A stretch of 64,000 nt of DNA from an uncultured Acidobacteriota bacterium (lineage in GTDB: Bacteria > Acidobacteriota > Thermoanaerobaculia > Multivoradales > SZUA-115). The number at the start of each line of letters is the position of its first letter. Within the stretch, counting starts at the first letter, position 1. Positions 55,645 through 64,000 of the stretch are shown here, piece by piece. The stretch covers positions 528,977 through 592,976 of the forward strand of contig CAWDVR010000004.1 in NCBI GenBank assembly GCA_963805975.1. Reading direction: 5' to 3'. The notes under the pieces were generated by a model that was not told where the DNA came from, searched no databases, and saw only the letters and a list, made by a program, of their open reading frames with translations. The position numbers were made by a program, and so were the translations under genes.

Positions 55645-57636
55645 GTGCGCCGTGAAAAGGCGGCGGTTTTCAGTGGGTGCGAAACCCACCCGGCAACTGG
55701 TCGCTCCAGCCGGTAGCAATCGGAGCGGTGGTGGAGGCAACGAAGCCATCGAAGCCTTCGATGAAGAGGGTCGCCTTGGGCGATCCGGCGACCCTGCAGG
55801 CCGAAACGTGAGTGAACGCCGAGCAAGCCTCGAAACGTTCGATGTGGGAGCCGACCCGTTTTCCATTCGGGGAAGGCCGTGGTTCCTGGACGGGATGAGC
55901 GACAGCATCCAGGGGTCCCACCGGGGTACTGGCGTCGGCATGCAGGGAAGAGGGAACCGAGCGCAACACGGGAAGCCCCAGCGGTGCCGGAGCGTGTCCG
56001 GCAACCGACAGCCCGCGAGGGTCGGGTTGGGCCGTCTGGGGTGGCGGGGAGGCCCGTAGTAGCGAGGAAGCCGGGTAATGCCGGTGGAGCGAAGGGGCCT
56101 CAGGGCAGGGTCAACGCAGGACGTAGCGAGAGCCGGAGATTGGCGGTGAGCCTACAACCTCCACCCAAGGTTCGGAAGCTACAGGCGGCGTTGCACGCCA
56201 AAGCGAAGGGAGCGCCCGGCTACCGCTTCTACGCGTTGTACGACAAGGTGCACCGCGAGGACATCCTGGAGCTCGCCTACCGGAGTTGCGCCGCCTCGGG
56301 CGGCGCGCCGGGGGTGGACGGGGTGACCTTCGAGGCCATCGAGACGTACGGGGTGGCGAGGTGGCTGGGGGAATTGGCGCAGGAACTCAGGAAGAAGGAG
56401 TACCGACCGCAGGCCGTACGGCGGGTCTTGATCCCCAAGCCGGACGGCAGGCAGAGGCCGTTGGGCATCCCGACCGTCCGGGACCGCGTGGTGCAGACGG
56501 CTGTAGTGTTGGTCTTGGAGCCGATCTTCGAGGCCGACCTCCAGCCCGAGCAGTACGCCTACCGGGAGGGACGGAGCGCGCTGGATGCGGTCCGCCGAGT
56601 CCACTCGCTGCTCAACACCGGACATCGAGAGGTGGTCAACGCGGATCTGAGCGGCTACTTCGACAGCATCCCGCACGCCGAGCTGATGACCTCGGTGGCC
56701 CGCCGCATCAGCGACCGGTGGATGCTCCACCTGATCAAGATGTGGCTCCAGGCGCCGGTGGAAGAGGCCGACGGGCGGGGGCGCAAGTGTCGGACGACCC
56801 GCAACCAGGACGAGGGCCGGGGCATTCCGCAAGGGGCTCCCATCTCGCCGCTTTTGTCCAACCTCTACATGCGCCGGTTCGTCCTCGGCTGGAAGGTGCT
56901 CGGCCACGAGGGCCGGCTCGACGCGCACATCGTCAACTATGCCGACGACTTCGTGATCTGCTGCCGCGGCAACGCCCAGGAGGCGATGGCTGCGATGCGG
57001 GGCATGACGGAGCGGCTGAAGCTGGCGATCAACGAGTCGAAGACCCGGCTCGCACGGCTCCCCGAGGAATCGGTGGACTTCCTGGGCTACACCATCGGTC
57101 GCTGCTGGTCGCCGAAGACAGGCCGGGCCTACATCGGCACGCGCCCGTCGAAGGCGCGGGTCCAGCGGGTCTGCCGCGAGATCAGCGAATTGACCAGCAG
57201 CCGGTGGCAGCTGCTCGACGTCCAGGACCGGGTAGCGCGTCTGAACCACCTGATGGTGGGGTGGGCGAACTACTTCCGCCTGGGCCCGGTCAGCAGGGCC
57301 TACAACACCGTGGACACCCACGCCTGTCGTAGGCTGCGCCAATGGCTGCGGCGCAAGCACAAAGTGCGGGGTCCGGGCTACGCACGCTTCTCGGACAAGT
57401 ACCTGCACGAGGATCTCGGCCTCGAGCGCCTCACCGTGCGCACCCGCAGCTTCCCGTGGGCGACCGCGTGATGTCCTGTCCGAGAGCCGGATGCGGGAGA
57501 TCCGCACGTCCGGTTCGACGAGCGGGGAAGAGGAGACGGAGCTATGGCGGAGACTGAGGCACCGGCACTACGGCGAAAGCCGCCGGCAACAGCTACTCCC
57601 TCGGCCTGGAGCTACCGCGCCTCTCCTCGACTCTAC
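55645..57636 (+). mobile_element. Group II intron, apparently full length
   Basis: 5' GTGCG at 55645; domain V GAGCCGGATGCGGGAGATCCGCACGTCCGGTTC at ~57484; domain VI ending CGACTCTAC at 57636; TCCCACCG (55916) complementary to the 5' exon end. Confidence 0.92.
56146..57471 (+). CDS. ltrA: Group II intron reverse transcriptase/maturase without endonuclease domain
   Basis: APGVDG, RPLGIPTVRDRVVQ, GIPQGAPISPLLSN, YADD, FLG, GWANYF. Confidence 0.93.
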   Translation: MSLQPPPKVRKLQAALHAKAKGAPGYRFYALYDKVHREDILELAYRSCAASGGAPGVDGVTFEAIETYGVARWLGELAQELRKKEYRPQAVRRVLIPKPDGRQRPLGIPTVRDRVVQTAVVLVLEPIFEADLQPEQYAYREGRSALDAVRRVHSLLNTGHREVVNADLSGYFDSIPHAELMTSVARRISDRWMLHLIKMWLQAPVEEADGRGRKCRTTRNQDEGRGIPQGAPISPLLSNLYMRRFVLGWKVLGHEGRLDAHIVNYADDFVICCRGNAQEAMAAMRGMTERLKLAINESKTRLARLPEESVDFLGYTIGRCWSPKTGRAYIGTRPSKARVQRVCREISELTSSRWQLLDVQDRVARLNHLMVGWANYFRLGPVSRAYNTVDTHACRRLRQWLRRKHKVRGPGYARFSDKYLHEDLGLERLTVRTRSFPWATA

Positions 57637-57719
57637 GGCCTGGGTTTCGTCGCCGCCGGGCTTGACGCTTGCGCATTGCGTTGATAGAGGTCCGTCAAAT
57701 AGGCGGAGGTCTGACAGCC

Positions 57720-60065
57720 ATGGAAGCCATGCGGGCGCGAATCGCCCATATCTCGGACCTGCATTTCGGCGTCGGTGTCGAGGAAACCACTCTGGCGATG
57801 CTGCGCCAGATCCTCCTCGACCAGGCCCCGGACGTCCTGATCGTCTCCGGCGATCAGGCGCACCAGCCCTTTCCCTGGCAGATGCGCAAGGCGGCGAAGT
57901 TCCTGGAAGACCTGACCCGCGACCTGCCATGGCGGGTGCCGCGGGTGGTGGTGATCCCCGGCAACCACGACTACAAGCTCTGGGGCAACGTCGGCCTGCG
58001 GCGGCTGACCCGTGTTCCCTATGCCGTGTACTTCGAGCAGCAAGGCTTGGCCAAACGATGGTGGCAGCGGTTGGGGGACTACCTCTCCCTGTCGGCGAAC
58101 GCCTTGTGGCCGGGCGGCCGGCGGCTTCGGGATGGGCTCGAGGTGCAGGAGTACGCCGACCTCGGGGTGATCGTGACGGCCTTCAACTCCAACACCCTGG
58201 CGGAGATGATGGCGGCCGGGCGGGTGGAGCGCGAGATCCTGCGCCAGTTCGCCGAGTACGCGACCTGGCGGCAGTCCCGCCTCTCCTTCGACTTCCAGTT
58301 CAAGATCGCCGTTGTGCACCATCATCCGGCGCCCATCGCCTTCATGCCGGACGGCGCGCTCGGCCGGCTGCAAGAAAGCTTCATGGTCTTCTACAACGCC
58401 GGCACTTTCCTCTACCTGGTGGACTTGCACGGGTTCCACCTCGTCCTTCACGGGCACAAGCACTTGGCGGGGCTGAGCCGGGTCAGTCACCCGGCGAGCA
58501 GCGGGCCGGGCGAAGTGGCGGTGGCGGCGGCGGGGTCGGCGGCCCATCCTCACCCGGACGACAGCCGGGGCAATCACCTGAACCTCATCGACCTCTTCGA
58601 GGACGACACCGCCCGGCTGACCTCCTGGTTCTTTTCATCGGCGGTGCTGAAAAAGGTGCCGGAGACCCTCAACGTCTCACTGCACGACCTCACAGAAGTG
58701 CAGCGCCGGCGGCATGCGATCTACAGCAAGCGCCGCGGGTACTCCTTCTCCCGCCTCGAGAAACGGGTGGCGATCACGGTGGACGGCTATAGCCTGACCC
58801 AGGAGTCGTTCCACGGCCTGCGCGTCACGATCGAGACGGGGATCTCCGACCTTCCTCTCGACCGGCGCACCTCGAGCCCCTGCTACCTGCGCGGCGCAAG
58901 CCTGCTCTCCAGCTCGCTTCCCTTGCTGGAGATCTCCCTCCCGCCCGGCCAGAGCGGCTTGCGCAGTTTGGTGGGCCGCTTCGAGCTGGGACGGCGATGC
59001 CTGCCGAACCGGGAGCCGTTCGACTTTGCCTTTCAATATCTTCTAATGAACGGCCATGCCTTGAGCGCTCAGGAGTTCCAGCGGCGCTACGTCGACGCTC
59101 CCCTGTCGGCCGAGTACTCGACCATCACCTGCGAGCACGCCTGCGAGGAGCTGACGCTGTTCGTCGAATTTCCGAACGAGGGCCACCTCGAGGGCCTCCG
59201 GTATAGCGCTGCGGCCCTCTACCTCCCGGCTCCGCTGCGCGAGCTCGACGTCGACCCCGACGATGACCTCAAGCTGCACGCCACTGAATCCGAGCGGGCC
59301 GCGACCGGCTTGCGAAAGGAGGGCCGCTGCCTGGTGCTGCGGGTGGTCCGTCCGGTGCCTGGCTTTATGTACCGCCTCAGTTGGAAGTTCCGGGCCGAGC
59401 AGAACCCGAAGCGGCCGCCGCTCGAGATCGAGACCACGGCCTTTGCCGGCCAGAGGAAGCTCCTCGAAGCGGCCAGGGGCGCCGCTACTCGCGACCCCGT
59501 GGCCCAGGCTCACTACGCTCAGATCTGCGGGTTGGTCGACGTGCTGGCCAAAGAGCTCCAGCAGCAGCTCGGTGCGCGGGAGGAGCTCGAGGCGAGCGTC
59601 ATGGTCTTCGACGAAGCCGCGTTGAAGCTTCGCATCGTCGCCGCCAACTTTGGACACATCGACGAGCTGGCGCGGGTCGAGCTGATCTCGGGCGAGGGCT
59701 GCGGAGGTTTCTCTTTCGAGAAGGTGCGGACGCTCCTCTTCCACCCGAGCCGCGACTCGATCGGCTACTACATCCGAGCCGCCGAGTATGCCGCGGTCAA
59801 GCCAGGGGCCGGAGCGCTGGTGGACCAGGACTACCTGGTCACCATCCCGTGGCTCTATCCGGCCGAGTGGCCGGCGGACCCGTCGCTGCAGAAGCTCGTC
59901 GTTGGCGTCGTGAGCATCGGATCGCGCAAAGTGGACTCGCGCCTGGCCCGGCTTTTCGACCTGGGCAACGACGAATGGATGAAACTGAACCGAACGCTGC
60001 TGGATTTGACCGCCCGGTGGGGCGCTGCTATGTTGCGGTTCGTGAGAGAGGAACCAAACCCATGA
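57720..60065 (+). CDS. Calcineurin-like metallophosphoesterase fused to a beta-rich middle domain and a GAF-like C-terminus
   Basis: HISDLH, SGD, PGNHD, HHHP, HGHKH; C-terminal SVMVFD...LRIVA...GEGCGG...TIP...VVGVVSI. Confidence 0.8.
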   Translation: MEAMRARIAHISDLHFGVGVEETTLAMLRQILLDQAPDVLIVSGDQAHQPFPWQMRKAAKFLEDLTRDLPWRVPRVVVIPGNHDYKLWGNVGLRRLTRVPYAVYFEQQGLAKRWWQRLGDYLSLSANALWPGGRRLRDGLEVQEYADLGVIVTAFNSNTLAEMMAAGRVEREILRQFAEYATWRQSRLSFDFQFKIAVVHHHPAPIAFMPDGALGRLQESFMVFYNAGTFLYLVDLHGFHLVLHGHKHLAGLSRVSHPASSGPGEVAVAAAGSAAHPHPDDSRGNHLNLIDLFEDDTARLTSWFFSSAVLKKVPETLNVSLHDLTEVQRRRHAIYSKRRGYSFSRLEKRVAITVDGYSLTQESFHGLRVTIETGISDLPLDRRTSSPCYLRGASLLSSSLPLLEISLPPGQSGLRSLVGRFELGRRCLPNREPFDFAFQYLLMNGHALSAQEFQRRYVDAPLSAEYSTITCEHACEELTLFVEFPNEGHLEGLRYSAAALYLPAPLRELDVDPDDDLKLHATESERAATGLRKEGRCLVLRVVRPVPGFMYRLSWKFRAEQNPKRPPLEIETTAFAGQRKLLEAARGAATRDPVAQAHYAQICGLVDVLAKELQQQLGAREELEASVMVFDEAALKLRIVAANFGHIDELARVELISGEGCGGFSFEKVRTLLFHPSRDSIGYYIRAAEYAAVKPGAGALVDQDYLVTIPWLYPAEWPADPSLQKLVVGVVSIGSRKVDSRLARLFDLGNDEWMKLNRTLLDLTARWGAAMLRFVREEPNP

Positions 60066-60268
60066 ACCCCACCTGGGACCCAGCCGAAGCAGACTCTGAT
60101 CTCTATCAGAAGGTGCACCGGCACTCGGACGGCATGATCAGTCTCACCGTAACTCGCGACTCGACGGACCCGCAATCGAGACCGCTGACGGATGCCTTTC
60201 GCGAGTTCGTAGCCCCACAAGTGGATAGCGACGAGCGTGAGCGGTCCGGCAGCTCGAGCACGCCCTGA
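60062..60268 (+). CDS. Small acidic Ser/Thr-rich protein (68 aa), translationally coupled
   Basis: ATGA overlap with the phosphoesterase stop; GAGGA RBS. Confidence 0.55.
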   Translation: MNPTWDPAEADSDLYQKVHRHSDGMISLTVTRDSTDPQSRPLTDAFREFVAPQVDSDERERSGSSSTP

Positions 60269-60307
60269 GCGACAACGCTCAGGTTTTTCCTCCTCGCCCC
60301 CTCCGCC

Positions 60308-61693
60308 TCAAAACGGCGAGTCCGGCAGCTCGATGCCGGGGCTCTGGCCGCGGTCGAAGGCGTCCACCCGCAGGAAGAAGAGCCCGAGCCCGGCGGCGCC
60401 CTGCATCAAGCCGGTCTGCGCCACCAGGAGCTCGGGCCGCACCCGGTGCTCGGCCTGTACCCACTTGAGGCCGCCCCCGGCCGGCGTGGCCCGCGCCAGG
60501 ACGTCCTGGGCCAGCCGCTCGACGAACGGCCGGTGCTTCGCCTCGCCACGCCGGCGGTCCAGCGCGAGGAGAAAGTCTCCCACCCCGGCGTCGCCGCAGC
60601 AGCGGCTGACGTTCTGCCAGAAGCCCTCTGTCCGCTGCTCCGGGATGCCACTCGCGAGGATGCCCGCCACCGAGCGGTCCAGCCAGTCGAGCCAGCGGCG
60701 GTCGCCCGTCGCCTGGTAGAGCCGGTAGAAGAGCCGGCCGGTGCCGGCCGGGCCGTGGCACCACGAGAGGTAGAACAGCTTTTCGCCGCCGGGAAAGTGA
60801 TGGGGAACCAGGCAGGCGCCGTCCTCGAGGTGGGAGATGGCCTTCAGGTGCCTGCCGCCGGCGAGCGCCGCGTCGAGGAAACGGCGGTCGTGGGTCTCGA
60901 GGTAGAGCGAGGCCAGGAAGTACGCAATGCCTGCCGTGCCGTGGGAGAAGTTGGGCATCGCTCTCTCGAAGCCCGGCTGCATCTCCCAGGACAGGCCCAC
61001 GTTCTCGACCCGCCCCAGCTCCACGAGCCGCCGGCCCGCGGCGGCAGCGAGGGCAAGGGCGTACGGGTCCCGAAGCTCGCGGGCGGCATGGAGCAGGAAG
61101 AGGCCGGTGCCGGCCGAGCCGCCGATGACGTCGGTCACCGGCCCCCACGCGACGCCCTTCCCAGCGGGCTCCGCCTGCTTCGCGATCAGCGCCAGCGCAC
61201 GCCGCACGCCATCGAGGTAGCGCTCGTCGCCGGTGGCCTCGTAGGTTTCGAGCAGCGCGAAGCCCACACCGGCCATCCCCACGTAGAGGCTGGCACCCAT
61301 CTCGGGGTTGGCCTCGGGGTCCGGCTGGGGCGGCAGCCTGGCCAGCAGGCGGTCGGCACCGCGCCGGGCGTCGGCCTGCCACGAAGCGTCGCCCGTGGCA
61401 CGAGCCAGCTCGAGGAAGAACAGCACGGCACCGGAATTGCCGCTGTAGAGGGTGTCCCAGTCGTCCTTTCCCAAATCCGGGGCGGCCGGCCAGGCGAGGC
61501 CGCCCTCGGCCTCGATCGCCACCGAGCGCAGCCAGCGCCCGGCGCCGAGCGCGGCGTCGAGGTAGGGGCGGGCGTCACCGTCCGCCGCCTGGGCGCCTGC
61601 GACGGGCAGGGGTGCCAAGGCCGCGACCGCCAGCAGAACGATCGCCGCCAGATACCGGCTGCGGCTGGGGTCGAGCGCTGGGCGTCGGGCCAT
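60308..61693 (-). CDS. Exported LanC-like (alpha/alpha)6 barrel protein
   Basis: Signal peptide; repeated GxAG (YSGNSG, YVGMAG, SHGTAG, WCHGPAG, CCGDAG, MQGAAG). Confidence 0.85.
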   Translation of the reverse strand: MARRPALDPSRSRYLAAIVLLAVAALAPLPVAGAQAADGDARPYLDAALGAGRWLRSVAIEAEGGLAWPAAPDLGKDDWDTLYSGNSGAVLFFLELARATGDASWQADARRGADRLLARLPPQPDPEANPEMGASLYVGMAGVGFALLETYEATGDERYLDGVRRALALIAKQAEPAGKGVAWGPVTDVIGGSAGTGLFLLHAARELRDPYALALAAAAGRRLVELGRVENVGLSWEMQPGFERAMPNFSHGTAGIAYFLASLYLETHDRRFLDAALAGGRHLKAISHLEDGACLVPHHFPGGEKLFYLSWCHGPAGTGRLFYRLYQATGDRRWLDWLDRSVAGILASGIPEQRTEGFWQNVSRCCGDAGVGDFLLALDRRRGEAKHRPFVERLAQDVLARATPAGGGLKWVQAEHRVRPELLVAQTGLMQGAAGLGLFFLRVDAFDRGQSPGIELPDSPF

Positions 61694-61769
61694 GTCGTTC
61701 TCCGTGTTCCGGGATGGCTGGTTGCGGGGCCGCAGTCTATCCTTCGCGTCCTACCGTGGAGGTCGAGTC

Positions 61770-62183
61770 ATGGCTGGCTACTCGGGCACGCCGCTGGCGA
61801 AGAAGCTGGGAATCCGGGAGCTCTCGCGGGTGGCGCTGGTGGGCGCGCCCACGGGTTTCGCGGCGGAGCTCGAGCCGCTGCCGGCCGGGGTGCGCTTCCT
61901 CGGCGCGCGCGCCGACGACCTCGACGTGATCGTCTACTTCACTCGCCGCCGCGCCGAGCTCGAACGTCGCTTTCCCACGCTGGCCGGCAAGCTCGAACCG
62001 GCCGGGGGCCTCTGGGTCGCCTGGCCCAAGAAAGCTTCCGGCGTTCCCACCGACCTGACCGAGGACGTGCTGCGCGAGGTGGGCCTGCCGCACGGGCTGG
62101 TCGACAACAAGGTCTGCGCCGTCGACGAGGTGTGGAGCGGCCTGCGCTTCGTGATCCGCAAGGAGAACCGCGGGCAGCGCTGA
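61770..62183 (+). CDS. DUF3052-like protein
   Basis: MAGYSGTPLAKKLGI, LWVAWPK, GLVDNKVCAVDEVWSG. Confidence 0.8.
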   Translation: MAGYSGTPLAKKLGIRELSRVALVGAPTGFAAELEPLPAGVRFLGARADDLDVIVYFTRRRAELERRFPTLAGKLEPAGGLWVAWPKKASGVPTDLTEDVLREVGLPHGLVDNKVCAVDEVWSGLRFVIRKENRGQR

Positions 62184-62288
62184 TCTGCTGTACGCTACGT
62201 GGAGCCTACGAGCCCTTTCGGATGCCCTCGCGCTGCCTCCATACCCCACGCCGGTGGCGCCGGGCGTCGCGTCGGTGGTGACCCAGTT

Positions 62289-63008
62289 TCAGACGAGGTG
62301 CGGCTGCCCGAGCCGGCTCGCGATCCAGCCGGCGAGCGCATAGGTCGCGAAGGCCCAGGCGACGCCGAGCAGAGCAGCCAGAACCAGGCCAGCCCACGGT
62401 GGCGAAGCGAGCGCGGCCAGCTCCGGGACCTTCTTCAGCAGGTCGTCGCCGCGGAGCAGCGCCAGGGTGGCGGTGTCGCTCCAGGGAGACAGGCGGGTCG
62501 TGAGAATGGAGCCGATCTCGTAGGCATCGCCGGTCAGAGAGAGAAAAGGCGCCAGTGCGAAGGGCAGGCTGGCGCCGTAGAGCGCGGCCTGCCGCCGCCG
62601 CGCGGCGCGGCGCAGCAACCACACCCCCGGCCACAGGGTGAGCAGGAACGGCCCGAGGTCCGTCGCCAGGTAGACGAGGTCGCTGCCGCCGGTGTCGAAC
62701 CCGGAGAGCCGGCCGGCGTACTCACCGCCCGAAACCACCCACGGGAACACGCGAGCCAGCAGGCCGCCGCCGAAGAGCGGCGCGATCTCGAGCCTCGTGA
62801 CCGTGCCGCCCGTGGCCATGCAGGCGAAGGCGTGCAGCAGCTCGTGGAGCGGCACGTACAGCCAGTACCCGGCGGCCAGCCCGGCGCCCACCGCCACGAG
62901 AGCGCGCCCGCCGCGGTCCAGGCACGCCTCGAGACCGCGGAACGTGTCGAGCCAGGGCCGGGTGAAGAGAAGGAAGCCGCGCACGGCGGTGAGGATAGCA
63001 AGGGGCAC
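62289..63008 (-). CDS. Membrane protein with HExxH motif (putative zinc metalloprotease)
   Basis: PLHELLH next to TM segments; later LGP and TGD motifs. Confidence 0.7.
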   Translation of the reverse strand: MPLAILTAVRGFLLFTRPWLDTFRGLEACLDRGGRALVAVGAGLAAGYWLYVPLHELLHAFACMATGGTVTRLEIAPLFGGGLLARVFPWVVSGGEYAGRLSGFDTGGSDLVYLATDLGPFLLTLWPGVWLLRRAARRRQAALYGASLPFALAPFLSLTGDAYEIGSILTTRLSPWSDTATLALLRGDDLLKKVPELAALASPPWAGLVLAALLGVAWAFATYALAGWIASRLGQPHLV

Positions 63009-63064
63009 TGGCTTACTATCTCGTTCTCAGGCCGCAAGGACCGCAGTCGAGAATCGAGAGGCGC

Positions 63065-64000
63065 ATGCCGAGCCAGGCCAAGAGAGCCAAGAACCCGCCC
63101 GAGCGCTGGCAGCCACGCTTCACCGTGACGTCGTCCATGGCGAGCGGCTTGATGGAAATCGAAGCGGCCAGGACGTCGATCGCCGGCAGCTCGTTGCGCC
63201 CCGAGGTGGCGGCCGAACTGCGCCGCTCTGTCCAGGTGCGCTCTACTCACCACTCGACCCGCATCGAAGGCAACCGTCTTACCTTGAAGGAAGCAGAACA
63301 AGTCATCACAGGGCAGCGAGCCGATTTCCATGGGCGAAGCCGTGACGTGCTCGAGGTCCGAAACTATTGGCTGTCTCTGCTGCAGGTCGAGAAATGGGCC
63401 GAAGAGGGCGCTGCTGTCACCACGGCTCGAATCCGTCGTCTTCACGCCCTGGTCGAATCCGGCGCGCCTGGGCGGCCCACTCCCTATCGAGACGGCCAGA
63501 ACGTGATCCGCGACAGTGCGTCTGGAGCCCTCGTCTATCTTCCTCCCGAGGCGAAGGACGTTCGCGCTTTGATGGAGGCTTTCGTGCGTTGGCTGGCCGC
63601 TGCGCAGAGAGAGCGGACGCCGACCCCACTCGTCGCCGGTCTGGCGCACTACCAGTTGGTCACCATCCACCCGTCTTACGACGGCAATGGTCGTACCGCG
63701 AGGTTGCTCGAGATCCTGCTGCTCCGGCAGGGCGGATATGGTTTGAGCGGGTTTGCGTCGCTGGAGGAACGCTACGCCTTCGACCTGGCCGACTACTACC
63801 GTGCGCTGACCGTGCATCCCCACCACAACTACTACGAGGGCCGCGCCGAGGCCGACCTCACCGGGTGGCTGGAGTACGCGGTGGGAGTCACTGCCGATGT
63901 CTGCCGCCTCGCCAGCGAGGTAGTCAAGGGATACGTCTCAGCGCGGCCGGGGGCAGGCCATGGTGCACCGCCTCTCGAACCGCGCGCGCGCCGTGTGCTC
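63065..64000 (+). CDS. Fic-domain protein, 3'-truncated by the window edge
   Basis: Manually translated from ATG 63065: STRIEGN inhibitory motif and HPSYDGNGRTAR Fic motif. Confidence 0.88.
   Translation, partial: MPSQAKRAKNPPERWQPRFTVTSSMASGLMEIEAARTSIAGSSLRPEVAAELRRSVQVRSTHHSTRIEGNRLTLKEAEQVITGQRADFHGRSRDVLEVRNYWLSLLQVEKWAEEGAAVTTARIRRLHALVESGAPGRPTPYRDGQNVIRDSASGALVYLPPEAKDVRALMEAFVRWLAAAQRERTPTPLVAGLAHYQLVTIHPSYDGNGRTARLLEILLLRQGGYGLSGFASLEERYAFDLADYYRALTVHPHHNYYEGRAEADLTGWLEYAVGVTADVCRLASEVVKGYVSARPGAGHGAPPLEPRARRVL

Noticed and set aside
47555-57471. Diversity-generating retroelement (NNC/NNG variable codons plus a nearby RT)
   Set aside because: The RT has group II intron motifs and sits within domain V/VI RNA outside the element; no separate template repeat or avd gene was seen; other adenines in the units are invariant; fixed third positions fit GC codon bias
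60062-60268. Lanthipeptide precursor for the adjacent LanC-like gene
   Set aside because: No cysteine, convergent orientation, no dehydratase nearby, and it is coupled to the phosphoesterase gene instead

Overview
High-GC bacterial chromosomal window. The gene repertoire (ADOP-type duplicated permease, zf-HC2/TPR proteins, tricorn protease, archaeal-type phosphoglycerate mutase) suggests Acidobacteriota, possibly Thermoanaerobaculia; this is inference only. Positions 1-37.7 kb are mostly housekeeping, envelope and metal-uptake genes (mutM, udk, argS, eda, apgM, ABC systems, TonB receptor), with three toxin-antitoxin-like pairs and palindromic repeats. They also include two candidate signalling modules: a CxxC...RGPP leader ORF before a TonB receptor, and a small secreted-peptide gene upstream of a zinc-finger/TPR protein. 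Positions 37761-52080 form a ~14.3 kb integrative mobilizable element bounded by an 11-bp direct repeat and inserted in the centre of a 27-bp inverted repeat. It carries a tyrosine integrase, an inactivated excisionase, relaxase-primase, MobC, an oriT, small genes separated by degenerate attC-like sites, and a 1495-aa LRR-Roc-COR-TIR protein with 28 near-identical 69-bp repeats that vary mainly at predicted ligand-facing codons. Downstream are a complete group II intron, a metallophosphoesterase fusion with a coupled small ORF, an exported LanC-like protein and a Fic gene. All product calls come from motif recognition by eye; no database searches were run.
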